Shown here piece after piece: positions 57,371-64,000 of a stretch of DNA of 64,000 nt (its first letter is position 1; each line of letters starts with the position of its first letter). Both the position numbers and the translations under genes were made by a program. The stretch spans positions 28,396,001-28,460,000 of the forward strand of contig OZ024761.1 of assembly GCA_964016885.1 (NCBI GenBank), given 5' to 3'. The notes beneath the pieces are model-generated. The model had not been told where the DNA came from, did no database searches, and saw only the letters and a program-made list of their open reading frames with translations. The stretch comes from Eledone cirrhosa. Taxonomy: Eukaryota.

Positions 57371-57575
57371 TCTCTTGTGACGATATGGAGAGGCTGGAGA
57401 GACAGACATAAAGTAAGCATGCTTTGATGGACATGTGATGTTAATGTGCATGAATGACAACAGAAACAGATTGGTGAGCTGAGAGGAAAAAACTAGATGT
57501 AATAGGAATCAAATGCAGTGTGCTAGAGAGAAGACTGCACTGGTATGGACATGTGAGATATATGAGTGATGATTA
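57371..57575 (+). mobile_element. Internal RTE fragment inserted in a CORE-like SINE
   Basis: Encodes LERRLHWYGHV; flanked by cacattgctcc/cacgttgctcc. Confidence 0.7.
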
Positions 57576-57770
57576 CACGTTGCTCCAGTATACTCAGCTG
57601 AAAATAAATACTAGCAATAGCTGTGATAGACTAGCATCCTGTCCAGAGAAGAGTATCGTACTCTCAATTCCTTTCTGGTATGGAAACCAGGATAAGTACC
57701 AGTCTGATGAATCTCTTGGTTTAACCCAAGTGAGAATGGACATGGATTTTTGGAGAGAGAATACAGCCAA

Positions 57771-58026
57771 TGCTGAAGCATGGAACAAACTACCTGCATC
57801 AGTTGTTAGCTGCCGAGACACTGCATCCTTTAAAACCTCCATGCTTCCTGAGATTTGCCACCACTACACCTAATGTTCCCCCCTCCTTACATATACACAC
57901 ATGTATATCATGACTCGTACACTATTTCACTTCCCTGACATTTGTATATTATTCTATGTACTATACATGCACCTTTGACGAGATGTAGTGCACCTGAGCA
58001 CTTTACACAATAATTTCATTATTATT
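57771..58026 (+). mobile_element. CR1/L2-group LINE 3' end
   Basis: AEAWNKLPASVVSCRDTASFKT; matches 23330-23635. Confidence 0.8.
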
Positions 58027-58508
58027 CGATAAAATAAAGTAGCAGTAATACACTGGGTAATTGCTGGCCTTGTGCCTAACGTAGAAACAATTATTATCTT
58101 TATTATATTTCATAAGCTAAGCTGCAAACTGCTGCAATATCTGGGACCTTCAAAAATCTGTGAAACATTCATAAGATTTAAAGGATAAATTATTGTCCAA
58201 AAAGATAATGGATGTTTTGTTTTCTTCACAGCCTTGCTACCAGGAAGGTGGCCAGTCTCAAAATTAAACTCGAAATTTGAAGAAAAAGAGCATACATACA
58301 TACACACATACATATATATACAGATATACATACATACAGACATACAAACTTACATACATAGACGTCATGTTGCATACCCTTATAAGACAAAATATATCCA
58401 CATATATATATATATATATATATATGTAATAGCATTCATGCATCTACATACATACATGTGTGTAGAAGTACGCATATTAACTGACATACATACCACCACC
58501 ATCTTCAG

Positions 58509-58578
<70 letters not shown>

Positions 58579-59304
58579 CATATATATATATATTCAGAAA
58601 TTCAATGCTGTCACATGGCAACTTTCAATAAAAATAGAAAGAGCAGGTGAGATATCCTGCAGTTTTATGCACACACACACACACATCTGCACATATATGT
58701 ATGTATATATATATATATATACACACATACACAAAAAAACATCTATATCTACATACATACACACATATATATATATATATATATACACACACAAACACAA
58801 AAAAACATCTATATATACATACATACATATACATATATATTTATATATATATATATATGTGTGTGTTTTTTGGTGGGTAGCAAAATGAATTATTTACAAT
58901 GTGTACTAGCTACAAAGTTATTTTGACTTTGCAAAAGAAATATAAAAATCCATTGTAACTAAAAGTTTTCAAACAAAAAATAACCACAATATTTTGGGTA
59001 CTACTACTACCACCAATACTACTATTACTACTGCTACTACTACAAATAACAATAATGATAATAAAAATAATAATGATGATGATGATGATGATGATGACAA
59101 CATCGTTAACAACAATAACATAGGTAATGTTATTTTTTGTGAAGGCAAGAATGAAAAAATTCATTCATCTCCTTAGAAACATGTCCAAATGTGAATATGG
59201 TATGTATACATACATATGCAGAATATATATATATATACATGCAAAGATCCATACATAAACATATGGATAGATAGACATCTATGTAAAAATTATATATATA
59301 ACTA

Positions 59305-59356
<52 letters not shown>

Positions 59357-59459
59357 CAGAAACATACTTATATAAACGCATATGTGACATAGTTGTATGT
59401 TGTTAAAACCTATGTATTAATACTTTCATAAATATATTTACATAAACATAAGAGTTTAT

Positions 59460-61075
<1,616 letters not shown>

Positions 61076-61200
61076 CAATGCTTGTATCAATACAGGTGGA
61101 TGTGTGCACAAGTCCGTTCATCTGTGTTGTGAGTGAGTCTGTCAATGTGTTGCACATGAGTGTGTGTGTGTGTATGTGTATGTGTTTGTGTGTATGTGTT

Positions 61201-61232
<32 letters not shown>

Positions 61233-61714
61233 AGTGTTGCACTTACGTAAATGTGTGTGGCTGAGTTCCCACATAATTCACAACACACCTGACTGCGATA
61301 ATGCGTATAAACACACAAAACAAAAGTTGCTAAGGTAGAAAATACTATCATGAGTCCTAGCAGGTGCACAAGCCATTTTACCATTCAAAAACTCTACCTT
61401 GGCTGAATTTTAATTTCAAACTTCTGCAAATGTTATCTTCAATATTATTATCTCGATTTTTCTTCATTTCTCGTGTCTTACTTATTCTATTTATTTTATT
61501 TATTTTTATCTTAATATTTTTTTTTTTTTTAATTATTTTTTTTTTATTATTTCCATTTTAGAAATATTTCTGTTTTTACCATTCCAATACCAGTCACTGC
61601 CTGTTTCTTCTAGAGTTGATGCTTGGAGGATGATGGGGGGGGGGGGGGGGGGAAGCGTTTCCCATCTCCCTGTTTTTAAATTCTACCAACTAATTCTCTA
61701 TGTCTCATTATTTT

Positions 61715-61870
61715 CGCCGTGCTTTGATGCATAGAGTTACGGCCCTTGCCATTCTGAGTTCAAATCCCGCTGAGGTTAACTTTGCCTTTCATCCTTACGG
61801 GGTCGATAAAATAAAGCACCAGTAATGCACTGGGACAATTGCTGGCCTTGTGCCAATAGTAGAAACAATT
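61715..61870 (+). mobile_element. SINE family 1, 5'-truncated
   Basis: Family match. Confidence 0.88.
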
Positions 61871-61932
61871 TTCTATACACACACACAAATACACACACAC
61901 ACACATATATATAATATATATATATACATATA

Positions 61933-61963
<31 letters not shown>

Positions 61964-61972
61964 GTGTGTATA

Positions 61973-62003
<31 letters not shown>

Positions 62004-62034
62004 GTGTATATATGTATATATATATATATATAAT

Positions 62035-62372
62035 GGAGGCACATGGCTTAGTGGTTAGAGCATTGTCCTTGCAATCAAAATGTTGTGAGTTCAATTCTCA
62101 GACCGGGTGATGTGTTGTTTCCTTGAGCAAGACACTTTATTTCACATAGCTCCAGTTTACTCAGCTGTAGAAATGAGATGATAGGGACTGGGGTCCCTAT
62201 CATTCCACTGCAAAGTGGACGTGGAGGTGCCACGGCAAAAAGCACCAAGCACTCACTGTAAATGCGGTTGGTGTTAGGAAGAGCAGCCAGCTGTAGAAAT
62301 CAAGCCAGAATCAGTTCCCCTCCCACCCTTGCAAGCAGGGAAAAGCGGACGTAAAGTGATGATGATGATGAT
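62035..62372 (+). mobile_element. SINE family 2
   Basis: ggaggcacatggcttagtggttagagc head through (GAT)n tail. Confidence 0.9.
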
Positions 62373-62476
62373 ATATATATATATATCATATTTTATTAGA
62401 ACATTAGAACAGAATAAAAGTTTAAGCTAGGAATTTCTACTTTCCTGCTGAGTGGAATCATCTGAAACTTGAGTCC

Positions 62477-62513
<37 letters not shown>

Positions 62514-62594
62514 TTCTCCAAAATGGCCAACTGAATACGCATGCATTTTTCTCAGAAAAATGTCTTTTTCTGTTCCTTTCTCTTCCTTGCGTTG

Positions 62595-63380
62595 TCTCGA
62601 TCAGAGACACCATTGTTTTTTTCATTTATATTAGTATATCTGTTAAATCATCAATGTGGATATTGTAGCATTGTAGAAATATAAAATGACTATCAATTTA
62701 CAGTGAAATAGAACATTCATTAGAGGTTAAAATACCTTGGTATATCTGTTAAATCTCCTATGTGGATATTTATTGTAGCATTGTAGAAATATGTAATGAC
62801 TTTATCAATTTACAGTGAAGTATAAATGTCATTGGATCTTAAAATCATGCAAAACCATTTTGCTGGTTCAAGGGCTGATGACAGTGAAGCTGTGTGTGTA
62901 AATTTGTCTTGTACATTGCCCCACTTTATCTTTTGTTCTGGTCACTTCTGTGTGCCGATACACTTCTCCTTGTTCTCCTACTCTTTCAATCTTTTCTATA
63001 TTTCATCTTTCTGTCACCCACCTTGTGGATTGTCTCTCTGTTGACCACTGGCCTCTGGTCTCTGACCTTTGAGGCATTTTTGCCCATCACTTTCTTTGAC
63101 AACATTTGGCTGTTTTAACTGCTGTTCTAACGACGAGTTTTCTCATTTTTATATATATTCAAATACACTCTCGCTTCGTCTCAATCAGAGACAACATTGT
63201 TTTTTATTCATTTATCTTCATATATCTGTTAAATCTCCTTTGTGGATATCGTAGCATTGTAGAAAGATAAAATGACTATCTATTTACAGTGAAGTTGAAC
63301 ATTCATTAGAGGTTAAAATACCTTGGTTTATCTGTTAAATCTCATACGTGGATATTTATTGTATCATTGTGGAAATATGG
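62595..63380. repeat. ~200-bp direct repeat (62595-62795/63177-63380), each copy with an internal ~104-bp period
   Basis: tatctgttaaatc...gtggatat...gtagcattgtagaaa motif occurs four times. Confidence 0.85.
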
Positions 63381-63751
63381 AATCAACTCGTTTGTAAAGA
63401 GAAGAAGTGAAATATGGCAGTGGATTGGCTGCAGAGGAGTTGAGAACATCAGACAGAATGTTGTGTGACAATTCTTCCAGATCTCTGAACTTCGAGTTCA
63501 AATTGTGCTAAGGTCAACTTTGCTTTTATCCTTTTGAGATAGATAAAATATCAATTGACATCATTGCTGTTGATGCCATTCTTCTTATTGCTGGTGCCAT
63601 TGTTGTTGTTGTTGCCATTATTGTTGTTGTAATAGTAATTTAACCCACAGTTCAGATCTGATTGAGTAGATATGTGATCAAAGATTTCAAAGCTGTGAGC
63701 ATTCAATATCTGTTTTCAAGAATGTTAAAATGTTCACTACCTCATGTGCCT

Positions 63752-64000
63752 AGCCTACACTGTAATGTGGTAGTGTTATTGACACATTAAAATGTACCGA
63801 GCCCACACTGTAAAGAGGTAGTGTTGGTGCTTCAATACAAAACATCAAGCCTACACTGTAATGTGGTACTGTTGGTGCTACATTAAAATGTACACAGCCT
63901 GCACTATACTGTGGTAGTGTTGGTGCTACATTAAAATATACACAGCCTGCACTATACTGTGGTAGTGTTGGTGCTACAATAAAATGAACCCAGCCCACAC
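63752..64000. repeat. 48-bp minisatellite running off the window
   Basis: agcc(t/c)(a/g)cac at 63752, 63800, 63848, 63896, 63944, 63992. Confidence 0.92.

Noticed and set aside
62035-62106. tRNA gene
   Set aside because: A and B boxes are present but there is no acceptor stem or terminator; it is a SINE head
63030-63145. Minus-strand open frame ending at AAG|GTGGGT
   Set aside because: No polypyrimidine acceptor and no recognisable protein similarity

Overview
AT-rich animal non-coding DNA, most likely a large intron; the repeat content suggests a cephalopod (octopus-like) genome, which is an inference. Nearly all ORFs in the track are translations of (TA)n, (CA)n, (GA)n and (ACC)n microsatellites. 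Supported content: one 69-nt minus-strand coding exon, two tRNA-derived SINE families, RTE, CR1/L2 and L1/Tx1 LINE remnants, TTAA (piggyBac-type) and TA (Tc1/mariner-type) MITEs, and several minisatellites. Two signals stand out. (1) About ten type-I minimal hammerhead ribozyme motifs from at least three sequence families, about six with intact cores. They have covarying stems and palindromic stem III, and sit in short non-coding elements abutting (TA)n tracts, often as inverted pairs (Penelope-like/retrozyme-type architecture). (2) A 34-copy 75/76-bp satellite whose unit and flanks translate to the restriction-like endonuclease domain of an RLE-type retrotransposon. All calls were made by eye; no searches or folding programs were run.
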